Shown here: in pieces, positions 40,516 through 53,369 of the stretch
Position numbering within the stretch: the stretch's first letter is position 1
Layout: each line of letters starts with the position of its first letter
From: Squalus acanthias
Taxonomy: Eukaryota
Assembly: GCA_030390025.1 (NCBI GenBank)
Contig: CM059432.1
Location: 92,940,001 to 93,004,000, forward strand
Direction of reading: 5' to 3'
DNA: 64,000 bases
The notes under the pieces: model-generated
Seen by the model: only the letters and a program-made list of their open reading frames with translations
The model's database searches: none
Told to the model about the DNA's origin: nothing
Program-made: the position numbers and the translations under genes

Positions 40516-41139
40516 TGTTTTCTGTGTTCTCATTGTGCATCTTGCATTGTATGGTAAGTTTGATATAGCTGGTTATGTAGCACACCTTCCATTTATGATA
40601 ACAGCACCAGTAACCCAGAGTGTTCCAATGTCTTCAGCTGGCTCTGCTTACTCTATAGTAACTACATTTCTTGAACTTAGCTACTTTTTAGGTTGGTGAG
40701 GTAAACAAAACCATCTTTAAGGATGAGTAAGCAGTAAGCTCTCAGCATCAACAGGGAGAGCATTCTAATTTAGCACGCTTTACACAGAGCTTCTGTCACC
40801 TGTAAGATAACGTTTATAATTCCACAACCTCAGCTGAAGGTCCTTGGTCTGAAAAATGTGCTCATTGTAGACTTGGAGGATTCTCAACGGAGGCATTTTC
40901 AGGATTCCAACTTCTTCTATACTGTCCAACAAATTCAGCAATTTTTTCTTTGTAAAAACATACATTTGTATATTCAGTAGAACGGCTGAATAATTGTTGT
41001 GGTGCACTAGCAGTCAATACTTCAACCACTAGCTTAATCAGAAAACAAATATTGACTGCAGGATTTGCAAGTTTATATTCTGTTTTGTAGAAATGTATTT
41101 CACACGTTAATATTGTCTGATTTGCTTGTTGTTCTTCAG

Positions 41140-41484
41140 GTCCACAAGAAGGATAAAAAGTACAAGTGTATGGTTTGTAAAAAATTTTTCACTCTGGCTG
41201 CCAGTGTTGGAATTAGGCATGGATCTCGGCGTTACGGCGTATGTTTGGATTGTTCTGGGGGTGACAGACAGCCAAAAGGTGACCATGATGGTATGGACCT
41301 GATGGTTGATCCAGAATTTTTTAAGCAGGAAGAACCAGAAGAACCAGGAGGACTGGAGCAGGAAGAAAATGAGAGAATGGTTGACGAAGATGTAGCAGAT
41401 GAAGAAGGAGGAGGGGAGATGGATAGAGAGCAGTGGGAAAATGCTGGGGCTAGTGAGACATATGTCATATTAGACAATGACTAG
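41140..41484 (+). CDS. ZBTB10: ZBTB10 last coding exon (end of ZF2, atypical Cys-rich module, acidic tail, TAG)
   Basis: gttcttcag|GTCCAC; VHKKDKKYKCMVCKKFFTLAASVGIRHGSRRYGVCLDC...YVILDND*, matching the recalled ZBTB10 C-terminus. Confidence 0.95.
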   Translation, partial: VHKKDKKYKCMVCKKFFTLAASVGIRHGSRRYGVCLDCSGGDRQPKGDHDGMDLMVDPEFFKQEEPEEPGGLEQEENERMVDEDVADEEGGGEMDREQWENAGASETYVILDND

Positions 41485-41899
41485 CTGGCACTTAAGCCCT
41501 TGTTATAAAACTGAAAAGTGTAATTATGGTTGTTCACTGTATAGACAAACCCTATGAATTTTATCTGAATTGCAATGATTATGGATTGGCAACAAAACAC
41601 TAAATTTTCCATATTTTGCTGATAGTTATGAATATTGGATAATTATTGATATTTTAATTGTAGTAAGCATGGTTTCACACCAGTAATGATGAAAGTATAT
41701 TGGAGTCAGTGATGGGCAATTCCTTAGAATAACTGGGATTGAAATTTCAATTTTCTTTTCCCCTGAGAATCTATTTGGAAAACTATTGTACGAAAATGCA
41801 GTAGTGTGCGACTTGAACTACAACTATTGTACAGGAGTGCAGGAGACTGTCTCACTGACTGGGGTACAAAACAAAATACAGTTTGAGAACAAACACAAT

Positions 41900-42410
41900 T
41901 TCTAATAACAGGAGAAGGCCATTAGGCCCAAACAAACCTGTCATTTCTGCATAGGCCAACCCTGCTTTTACCTATCTTTTCAACGAATTCCTTCTCTCAA
42001 AAATAAACTCATCTCGTTGTCTCTTGAACCCATTTATATTGTCTACTTTACTAGCCTTTCCTGATTATTCCATAATTAATGTTATCCTTTAGATGAAACA
42101 AATCTGCATGCCGTTCCTTCTAATTGCTCTCATTTTTAAGTTGTCCTCTAGTATTCCTTTACCATAGTGAAGCATTTGACTGGATCAGCTTGTCGATTCC
42201 GTTTACAATCTTGAAAACTCCACTTGGGTCACCTTAAACTCGCTCTTTTATCCAAAGAAAATTATTTCAACTTCCTTAGCCTTTCCTTATAACTTAAATT
42301 CCTGTACTCAGGATCTTTGCTCACCTTTCTACTTGGGGACAATAATATCCTTTCTATGATAAGTGAGCAAAACTGCACACCGTACTGCAGTTGGGGTCTG
42401 ACCATCACCT
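41900..42410 (-). mobile_element. Old CR1 3' fragment within the putative 3'UTR
   Basis: aaaactgcacaccgtactgcagttggggtctgacc reads VRPQLQYGVQF on minus. Confidence 0.65.
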
Positions 42411-45400
42411 AAAACAGTGATGGAGGTATGATTGGGGGTTGAAATTTCTGAAAGGATTGGGTCTGAAATTTGACTTCTGAGGTATTTGTCTTTCTATGCA
42501 TTTTCAAGTCTCAAACTTCCAGACAAGAAAACCTGTCTAATGATTATATTGTGTAGGTGCTAGTGACTTTTAAGTTTTTAAAGTTTTTTTGTGCTCTTTA
42601 AAATGAATAATGCCAACATACAATCTTATTGCAGCTCATGGGGAAATAAACTGCAAAATGAATGGCAGCTTAAGTAAATAACTGCTGATTGTAGCATTTA
42701 AACAAAAGTAATTCACTGTGTGGCATAGTTAATGGAGACCATGCTATATATAATCTTATTTCTGAGAACTGAGAAACAGTTGGATGTCTACTTTTTAAAT
42801 AGTCATTTACTTGTTATGAAGCAGACTAAGTCTGGGTCTTACTGAATAAATTAATCACCAGTGTAACTGAATTCTGATTAACCAAAAAGCAATGAATACT
42901 ACTTTCTCCCTTTTAAAGGAGAGGAAAAAGCAATGTTGTATGGGATGTTCTGTCTTAATTAGGTATGAAATATAAAAAAGCTTACCACCTTACTTAATGA
43001 CCTATTTAATGTATAAGTTGCATGCTCCTCCCCTGGCATTCTTGATTCTGGATATCTTTACACACTACATTATGAAAATACTACTGCATAATAGTGGTTT
43101 AACAAAAAAAACACTTGAACTATGGACCTTCAGTTTATCTGTATTATTGAGTCTGGCCTTGTTCTAAACTCTTGAGAAAGATGATGGGCTGCAAATATTA
43201 TGTTTATATGTTTGCAGCTCTCTTCAGTTTGCACTTTTGTTTAAAAACAAGACATGTTATGTTAGTATTTTCTTTTCTTTCCCTTGGATGTACAAGCGGG
43301 GTCTGTAGTATCACAGATCCTATGTGAAAAGTGAAATTGCTGGGGATGGGGAATAGGAGGATTATTTGATCTAATCGGGCCATTTCTGCTTGTGACCCAC
43401 TTCAAATTAAATGAGCGTAATATGGAGACAGATCAGTATCAAATAACTAACAATTTATTGAATTAAACCTAAATGATTTGATACAGTCTTAAAGTGGAGC
43501 TGCTTCAACAGACATGGTCTGCTTAACTAGTATGCAATTGTGAGAATTTTGGGGTGTTGCTTCAATCCAGGCATTTTGAAGGATAGATATAGTAGGACCT
43601 AAAAACTATAAGCCCTATGTAAAAGTTGCTTGTTCCCCCAACAAAAGCACTTCAGCTATAGCTGCAGCTGTGCTTTTGAGTACTCCATAACTGATGACAA
43701 TGGTGTAGTTGAAGGGGGTTGGTATAAGAAAAGGCAGAAATTTGCTTTCATTAAGATTTTAAAACTGATGAGCTACAGTTATATCAGTAATTTATTTCCT
43801 GATTTTTGTAGATGATGAAGTCTCTCAGTTAATTGTTTTCCCTCTCGTGTCATCCTTTGGGGAAGATGCTCCTACTTTTGGAGCAGATGTTGATTTCAGA
43901 AAGCTTTGTGCACTGAGAAATGATGAACAAACATTTTATGATAGTGATCTAAAACACCTTGAGACTGAAATCATGAGTCCAATCTCAGCAAATTATTATA
44001 GAAAAGAGATAGTACAGGCTGAAATGGAAACAATTAGATGCTAGTGATAGCTGCCATTTATTGTTGCTATAAATGGGCAGACATCCAATGAGAACGGCAT
44101 CTTGTTGGGTAAACTGGATTTTTTCGCTATATGGCTACAGCCAGTTCTATTTTACTTCTAACATGTCCAAAATTTCCATAAAGGCATTGTACACATACCC
44201 ACTTGACTGAATAAGGCAACCACAGTGTTAATTTCTTTAAAGACTGCAGCATTGGAGAAAATAAAAGACCATTAATTTAAAGGGAAATTGTGTTCTGTTA
44301 AATAGTTCCCTTTATGTTTTTTATTTTTCCATGTAGGTTTTCTTCTGTCCTAATCTGAAGATATGATGTATTGTTCCACAGGCTCCAGCATCTCTAGTAC
44401 CTTGAGCATGTGGCCAGTCTTCATATGTGGGCCTGAGAGGCATCAAAGCTGACCCTAACCCTACTCTCACCAGACATCGACACATATGTTGTTTTCAGTT
44501 GGTGTTGCTGGAAGTGATCAGAAATGCTGCCTGATTTTTCTCCCACAGTTGTCCTGGCTGAGATCAACTAATTCAGCACAAATCAAGCTTGGTACCCCCT
44601 GGTCTGTACAAGTACAACTCCGTGCCACATCAGATGTAATATTTCCTGAATTAGCTATGGAAGGAACTCTGCATTGTACTTTAGAACTGATTTAGAGGCA
44701 CTCTGGAGTGTGTGTGGGATCTTTTTCAGTAACATTAAGTTCTACCTATAGATACAAGGACTGTGGCAATGTATTTGGTATAATTGGAAATTTCTGGACT
44801 CCACCATACAGATCAAGGTCCCAGGTTTGATCTTAGCTTGTTGAATTTTTTAATTACAGCGCAAAATGAGGCCATTTGGCCCATCGCGCCTCTTTTGGCT
44901 CTCTGAAAGAGCTAAACGCTTTGTCCCATTCCCCTACCATTTCCTTATACCCCCTTTTTCAAATATTTATCATTTTTCCTTTTAAAATATTTAATACCAC
45001 TTTTTCTGGCAGTATTCCATCTCTTTGTGTTGGCTCTATCACTGATGTCATCATGATGTTGCAGGAGAGGTTTAACACAAAATGTCTGTTTCCTGCCCAT
45101 TTGACAATTCTAAAACCAAACAAGAGGTAACTGATAGCATAAGTGTATATGTAAATCCCTTTATTACTTTTAGGATTCTGAGGAGTGTCTTTCCCTTTTA
45201 ATATTAGAAGCAGTCTTATGGAAAATTAAGGTAGTTGATAATTTTGGAATTGCATGAAGTAACCCTTTATGCAGTCTTGACTATTTATACTATTACAGGT
45301 GGTATTGATGCACTTTGCCATGTTTGTAAACGGGGGCACAGTGATGTCACCACATTGAGAATTGTGCATGTTGCAGTAAGCTTTTACCTTGGCTTTAATA

Positions 45401-48400
45401 AATGTAAGTACAGAAACTACAGTGTAAATGTTTGAGGCCCCTTTGATGTCAAGTCTGCATAAAATGCTATTTTGAACAGTTCCTTTTTACAGCTTATTTT
45501 TTTCAGAATGTAGTGCAGTCTCTCAGATCATCCCCAACACTAGAGTTTTCCTTGCCGTCTAGCCATGGTTGTTTTTATTTGCTACTCAGAACATTTTAAT
45601 GTTCTTCCCACTTTTAAGATTCCACCTACTATCTGCCAACTGACATTGTGGGTGGACATGCAACTTCCTCTTTGTTTTCTACAAATGTATTAGATCAGTA
45701 ACTAGAATTTGATTGTGTTCTTCCTTATTAATAAGCATCTTGCCACCCACTCAGTAAATTTAAGAGTTGCAGACATCACTTTTTGAGTTCATTGGTGCAC
45801 TAATGTTGGTTCAGAGGGAATTCCTAGTCGTCTTATATTTGTTTTTTCTGTGTTGGCCCTTTCCCTGACCTTTGATAGAACTTAATTTCTCAATGAGTCT
45901 TAGTTTTCAAAAGTGTTGGTGCATATTGGTGTGGGCTAAGCTAAAAATGGATAATTTTATATAGCATATTGTCAAAGCCAGTGCCATAATAATTCAGGCT
46001 ACTGCTGGTAAGGTAAGATTTTATGTTCCAAAGGTGGACTGTAATCCATCTTCCTCAACTTTAGATTTCAGTAACCATAACTACCAAAGATATGTGATGA
46101 CAGAGTACATTTACAATATTAGAGTTATTCCAGTGTGTCCAGGACAATTATTCTGAAATGCAAATTGCAAAATGCTGAGTCATCGTTTCTTGGATATTCT
46201 TCCATTTACTTGTCATTTGAGTTTATTAAAACAATTTTATTTTTCTTTTGAAGGGTAATAACAGGAATTGTTTTGAAATGTTTGATGTGAATTAAATATT
46301 TAAGTGTATAAATTAGGATCAAACAAATTAGTGTATTAATTGTGATTTTATTCTGTGAAGAAAACATGTTTATTATACATTAGGATACTGTCTTTAGCTG
46401 TAATTTTACGTTTGATGTTGACAAATGTTTTTAGTTTAAATTGGGGTGTACCAAAACAACTGATTGAATTAAACCTCTTTTGTCTGGGATGTGACAATTT
46501 TGAAATGTTTGGGACTAAGCAAGATTTAGGAACATCATAATGCCAAGGATTGGGACCTGTGAGGATTTGCCCACCACTGATTACAGTGGAACATAGCATT
46601 CTATTGTTTAAGGCAGTTCTGTGTCTAATCCATAAACAAAGTGTATATTGTATATTGTGATCAGCAAGTCTGACAGTTTGTAACACTGCAGTTATGTTAA
46701 TTATCCATGAGACAAAATTAACAAGCTGTGCTTTTGAAAGTAATTTTTGCAAACCTTTAAACATAGTAAATTTTAGTCCCATTCTTGTTTCCTATCAATT
46801 ATTTATTTAGCATAATGGATTTATTTCCACTGTATAGATTGCTGTGTATATTAAATATCTAGTTTATAGTGGCAGCATAAAACAGGTGATTTATTTATAT
46901 TGGGGGAGGGGGAAGAGAGGGAGTATTTGTGACTAGAAAAATGAGCTGATTGAATCTTCACATCTGCAGGCTTGATCTTAAATCCTAACTGTAGAAAGGA
47001 AATGAAAATGTCCTCATTGTGAAGGATTCTAAATCAATTGAATTATGGTAATCCTAATTAGCCCATGGAATTTACCTCAGATTTAGGAGTTGCGGCTTTT
47101 GAATGACAGGCTGGTTGACCTGTTCAGCAGAGTACTGATGTTTGGACTATTTTGTGACTGAGTGCGCAGACCAAACATCTTCAATTTTTTTTGTACCAAA
47201 AGAGGAGAAAAAATTGACAAAAGAGCAAGCACTAGTGCAAATGATATTAAAAGTCACTTAAGAATTGACCTGTGAGTCATTTCCAAAAGGATAAATTAGG
47301 AGGAGCTTCTGCATAGTGCATCACATTCAACTGATGTAGCTTAATACAAGTTTGAAAATTAAGCTTTTTTTTTTACACTTTATACAAATAATATATACAC
47401 TGCAACAACTATATATTTTCCTATTTGTATGATTGCAGCTCAATTTAAACCATCTTTTTTAGTTGTAAGAAAAACATTCATTCTTAAAAGGATTAATGAT
47501 CTTCATATGCATTTGTGTTTTGTTCTGAAGTTACTTAATAGCAGAGTTAAGGGCAGAGGATTTTCTTTCTGTGCAAAAATGGTTTGCAAATTAATATATT
47601 TGAGTTCAAAAAGCCCACCGGTCAATGTTCAGATTTTGTTGGGTCAGAACTGAATAATCTATTCTTGAATTGAAATCTTAATTTCATTATGTTCCTACTT
47701 CCTGGCAATAGTAGATGGTAATTGTGGAAAATTAAAGACAAATGGGGAAAAAATAATTTGAGGGAAAGTCGAAAACCAGGAGAAAGAAATGCGAACCATA
47801 AAGGGGTGGTTGTGTGTGTGTGTGTAGGTTTGTTGGGAGAGGGGTGAAAAATTTGTAATTTTAAATGAATGGGAGAACCATTGTGGTTCAGATAGTCACA
47901 AGAAAGTTAGCATTCTACCACTACCTTTGTAACAAACACTATTGGATTTCAGTGCACATTGGTCAAGAGCAGTAACCCAGAAAGTGAAAGTTTCCACACA
48001 CAGTTGGAAAGAAACAGAAAATAAAAGCCATAGAGCCTGAATCCAAAAGGATTGTGTGCATTAACATCTACATAATTGCCTAATGGAAGATTTAATCTTA
48101 CTGTATTGCTACAGTTCCAGAGGATTACTGTTTTGTAAACATTGACTGGGAAACTATGCATGTTAATTTTCAAAACCCAGATCAACCTTTTTGTTGTAGT
48201 GTCAAAATATATAACATACTTGGCACCAAGTGTGTACACATTCCTTCCTTTAGTGGCTTTTTGTACCTAAATTTGTGCATTTTTGAAGCACCAAACAGAA
48301 CACAAAATATTTGTTAATATGAATTAACAAGTTCACCAAGGCAAATTCTTTGCTGTGGGAGGGGAGCTTGTATGTAAAATTATGGAAATACTTTTCTTTG

Positions 48401-48714
48401 GAAAATATTGATTAGCAATTTCTGTATGTTTTAAATTTTGGAACTTGTTAAAGAAACTCCAAGCTCTAAACCACTTGTATTTAATACACTGAAGTCTGCT
48501 GTATATTGTTGTGCAATTTTATGCCTTCAGTTGCACACTAATGCAGTTTCACTATTTTAAATTTTACAGTTTACTAGTGATTAAACCAAAGTAGTTTTCT
48601 CTTTATTTTGTTCAAAATAAGTTAACCCTCAGGAAGCAGTCCAAGGCACAGTTTTAAGAAACAGATAAAAGATGTTCCTGAGAGCCCAATTTGGGGGTCA
48701 GCTTGTAAATGGAG

Positions 48715-48980
48715 ACACTGTCTATTCAAGAAGATGTTAAACATCCCGTGACACTATTCAAACAAGAGCAGGGGGTTCTTTCAGCATTTATGATCATGCC
48801 TCCCGCAACCAACAACACCATAAAAGGTTGGTCATCTCTTGCTGTCTGTGGAATCCTGTTGTGTTCAGCATTTATGTTATGTTCATAACAGTTACTGCAT
48901 TATTGAAGTAATTCATTATATGCAAGGCACTTTGAGACATTTGAAACATAAGGTGTTAAAGTATATAAAAGCAAGTCTTT
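48715..48980 (+). mobile_element. Degraded Deu-domain SINE
   Basis: gatgttaaacatcccgtgacactatt...gagcagggggttc...gctgtctgtggaatc; tail tatataaaagcaagtc. Confidence 0.6.
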
Positions 48981-50349
48981 TTAATCTGAAGGTTTGTTCT
49001 TTATGCAAAACGCACATGCGAGCACACACTGCAAGCCACAGAAGTTGTAGTTTCTTATTTTGTAGCCGGGAGCAAGTATCCTGGAATCATCCAGTGACAG
49101 TGACATAAGGCGATTAGTCTTTTTGAAGTACTTTATGGCTGCCCTCAGGTAAGATAAAACATCCAGTTTGAAACCTGTTTTTACTTTTGCGATGGAATGA
49201 TAACATTGAGTTAGAACCAGGAGTGTTTCTGTGTACTAAATAAGTTGCATTAAAGCCTGGAGCTTTCTTTAAAAAGATTTTTTTTTAGTTTGAGAAATAA
49301 ATGATTTCCTTCTCTTTTCAACCCTTCCTAATCTTTTCCAAAGGCCTCAAGGTAACCACAATTACATGAATCATGGATATGTGAGATAAAGGGTTCACTT
49401 TAAATAATGGAAAATGGTTCTGTGTTGCACATTCATTTTTTTCTTATCACTAATTTTCATTTAAATAGATTTGATGTGATTTAATAATCCTGTAAATTTG
49501 ATAAATGATAAGTTTGTAGATTGTATGCAGTAAACTGTAAATTCTTTTTGTACAGACTTGCCTATTGGTGACTATTTTTGCTTGTCTAAGCTGGTGCTAT
49601 ACTTGTACTAAACTCAACACAAATGTTGAATGATTTGTTTTTGATATCTTGGACCTTTTAATCAATTTTTTCATATGTTTCACCATTGAATAAGAACGTA
49701 TGATTTTAATCAGATAGCTGTGTTGAATTTGTGATTTCCACCATCAATACAGACAGTTGGTGTGTCACATATATTGAAGTGGCTGATTCTGATAATGTAT
49801 TAAATCATGTCCAGGGAACAGAGTTAATATTTAAACTTAAATTTTAGCAATTTTAATGAAATAGGGTTGTTAATTATCTATTCAGATGCTTTCTAAAAAA
49901 TTTGTGTCCTGCTTCATATATCTGCAATTTGCTGCTGCTTTAATTTGGTTTTTTCAAACTCAGCCCATGCATACTTACCACAGAATTTGCACTTGCTCCC
50001 AGCAAACTTGTGCATTATGAGGGAGGAGCAGTGAAAATCACAATTATGGTGGGGGTGGGGGGGAAAAGAGGAAGAAGTCCAACTTAAAGGTATGGATCAG
50101 GTAAAAGAAAATATTTGGAACAGGCAAAAAGAAATTTTGTGAACCATCTAAAGATTAGTTCTAAAATTAGCCCAAAAACTCAACAGCGGCACACAATGTA
50201 ACAAACAAAAAATGTGGAAATATGTAACTGGTCTGTTGGCATCTATTGGGGGAAAAAAAGGTTTGGTTAATGTTTCATGTGCAACCTTTCATCAGAACTA
50301 AAAGCAAAGATTAGCATTTTAATGGAGTTGTGGAAATAAGCAGGGGAAG

Positions 50350-50790
50350 TGGAGAATTTTAGCTATGAGGAAGGATTGGATAGGCTGGGGTTGTTTTCTT
50401 TGGAACAGAGGAGGCTAAAGGGAGACTTCGTTGAGGTGTATAAAATTGAGGGGGCCTAGATAGTGGGTAGGAAGGACCTATTTCCCTTAGCAGAGAGGTC
50501 AATAACCAGGGAGTATAGATTTAAAGTAATTGGTAGAAGGATTAGAGGGGAGTTGAGAACTTTTTTCACCCAGTGAGTGGTGGGGGTCTGGAACTCACTG
50601 CTTCAAAGGGTGGTAAAGGCAGAAACCCTCATCGCGTTTAAAAAGTACTTGGATATGCACTTGAAGTGCCGTAAACCACAAGGCTATAGACCAAGAGCTG
50701 GAAAGTGGGATTAGGCTGGATAGCTCTTTTTTGGCTGGCACAGATACAATGGGATGAATGGCCTCCTTCTGTGCTATAATTTTCTATGAT
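50350..50790 (+). mobile_element. CR1 3' end inserted into the Penelope remnant
   Basis: gctatgaggaaggattggataggctggggttgttttctttggaacagaggaggctaaaggg...gaatggcctcc. Confidence 0.85.
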
Positions 50791-51230
50791 TCTAAGGGAA
50801 GAAATAACATTCCAGTCACAGAAAGGAAGTTAATGGATTGAATAACTTGCAAACTGCTTAATAGAAAGGGGAGCTGATGGATCATATAAAAGATTATCAC
50901 TGAGGGGTGATGAAAAGCACAAAACATGATGCAAGTAGCTAAGACAGTGTCCAAGCATGCGAAAGGCCCACAAGGAAAAAGTCCAGAAAGTTGGTAGATG
51001 CAGGAGGTCTTAAATGATAGAAAATGTTTTAAATGTGCAGGAAATCTGCCAATCCTGAAAAGCACAAAAAACAGGCCAATATCCTTGACCATGGACCCGA
51101 CCCCCCCCCCCCCCCCGGTGTGTTTTGATTAAGGATCTACACCCGAGATGCCAACATGTCACTACCCACACTCCACATTGCCTGCTGTAAAGAAAAAGGG
51201 GGTGGGGTAAGAGAATATAGCTAAGTTAAT

Positions 51231-52617
51231 GGAGTGCGAGTTTCTGCTAGGTTGAGCTGGTTTTGCCATCTCAATTCACCCAAAATTGGCCAAACCAGCA
51301 TAAAAGGTCATAAATTTCAAGCGCAAGTTATGTCCAGTGCAAATCAAGTTTCCGTGATCTTTTACACTGGTTTAAAAACACCACCCTGGAAGCTGGCCTG
51401 CCCCCAGATTGAATTAATCACCATGGCAAGTTTCTGCCAATTGTGCCCATTTGCGGTCCTTCGAGGAGGCTATTCAAATTGAGCTGTTTTATTTTTAGGC
51501 ACTAGCTGGCACCTTTTTTTAAAAGTTTTTAAATATTAAATATTTAACTTACTAAGAAAACTGAGTATTGTACACCAATGAAACTAATAAATGGTTCCGT
51601 ATAGTTTTTTTTAAATGATTTTCAGTTATTTAAAATCTAGTTTTGAACTAGACACTTATTAAAAATGCATATTTTTTGTGACCAACCCATTTCAGCTGCA
51701 TTAATAAAACTATACCAGGTTGCCACTCTTAAATACATCAAGGAATATTTATTTAATGGAAGGGGGGAAAAAATAAACAGTTTCATTCTAAAACTCCCAA
51801 TTGTCATGAAGATTTTGGGCAGAATTTTCATTGACCCGTGGAGGCGGGTTTGGAGGCGTGTGGGGGGGTTAAAATAGCGAAAATTGGCGGGCGGGCACAA
51901 GCCCGCCTCCACGCAATTTTCATTAAATAGTGTCTGCTGGTCCCGACTCCGTCCCGCCTCTAAGAGGCGGGATAGGCTGTTAAGGCCCTTAACAAGCATT
52001 AAATTGCCTCTCTAATGCCATTTTGAAAGGCCTTTGTGATTTTAACCCTTTTTCTACGTGAAGCACGCCAGTTCTGAACCACGAATATGAAACCTGGCGG
52101 GAGCACATTTGGATAGCTGACGCTGGCTGGCTGGCTATGGGGATGCATATATGGATGGATGCATATATGAATGGATGGGGAGGAGACATATCTGGGAGTG
52201 GTGGTGGTGTAAAAATATCTGGGAGCAGACTTAGGGCTGCTGCTGCTCATTTTGCATCCAGGTCCTCTCACAGCAAAGGCCAGGCAGTCTCTGAAGACCT
52301 TCAATGCAGCAGCAATGATGACCTCATCAGAGGTGACTTTCAGACTGAAAACACTAATTGGGTCATGGGTTCCCACATGCTGGAACTCAATTGCCCAATT
52401 AGGTGAAAATTGCATCAATCTCCCACATCCAATTGCAGTTGGGTGGATAACACGAAAAGTGGATGACACGACCCCAACCTGCCCCAGTATCAAAATCCAG
52501 CCCTTTGTTTGATTATGCAAATGGCTTTGAGCATAAACTTGAACCTTAACTTCAGTTGGGAAAACCAGTGCAATTTGCGCCCAGATTGCTGATTGAGCCC
52601 AAAGCGGAAACTACCCC
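51231..52617. mobile_element. PIF/Harbinger-like MITE, copy 2
   Basis: Same ends as 10656-11669; 3-bp TSD AAT on both sides. Confidence 0.65.
51817..52503. mobile_element. Second Harbinger-like MITE nested in copy 2
   Basis: TIR GGGCAGAATTTT ... AAAATCCAGCCC; TTT on both flanks. Confidence 0.6.
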
Positions 52618-53369
52618 AATGTTCAGACCATAGAGCTGCAGAGAACCCAGGAGAAAAATGAAATTTTGTTCCCAAATCTTACATTGAGCTTAGGTTGAAC
52701 AGTGTAAGAGGCGACCGACTGAGATGTCAGAGTGGGAGGGGAGATTAAAAGTGGCAAGCTACAGGGAGGTCAGGCTCACACTTATAGGTCGAATGGATTT
52801 GTTTTCCAAAGTGATCACTTAAGTGGGAAGTGTTTAGTCTTCCCAATGTACAGGAGAATGCACCATAAGCAGTGGATACAGTATATTAGGTTGGAGGAAG
52901 TCTATGTTGTTGCTGCCTCATACTAAAGGAGAGGTTGAGGTTTTGGGCAATGGTGTAGAATTGGTAAATAAACAGGTGTTGGATTACTATGGTTGCGGGA
53001 CAACCGGCAACTGAAAGAATGAACAAGGGTATTCTGGAGGAACAGTCCTTTTGGAAGATTGGGTGGGGGAGGGGTGGATGGAAAATGTGCTTGGTGGTGA
53101 GATTATGTTGTAGATGATAAAAGATGATCTGGCAAATACTGAGGGGATGTTGGGTATAATTGGGATCCTGTTGTCAAGAGGAAATGCAGAGGTGTGGGAA
53201 CTGGGGTGGATGTAATCAACAAAGTATAAACCAGATAGTTTGGGGAATCTTGCATTGTAATAGATGTCTTATGGAAAGTCAGTGGACAGGGAAAGAGAGA
53301 GAAGGCTATGAAGGGAAAAGTCTGGGGTAGACTGCATAAACGTGAGGGATGGAAATTGGAAACAACCGT

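Larger units (their letters stand above)
41485..49810 (+). other. Putative long 3'UTR of ZBTB10 (end uncertain)
   Basis: AT-rich, comparatively repeat-poor ~8 kb after the stop, with several AATAAA/ATTAAA hexamers (e.g. ~42845, ~45397, ~49275, ~49799); repeat density rises after ~50.2 kb. Confidence 0.45.
50190..53300 (-). mobile_element. Old Penelope-like retroelement split by nested insertions
   Basis: Minus strand 52832-52901 reads TSSNLIYCIHCLWCILLYIGKTK (GIY-YIG endonuclease); Penelope terminus with CTGATGA...GAAA at 50265-50299. Confidence 0.65.

Noticed and set aside
40088..40699. 203-aa ORF (also 30648-31178, 39401-39880, 51999-52520)
   Set aside because: Alternative frames of L2 or MITE sequence; no host-gene signal.
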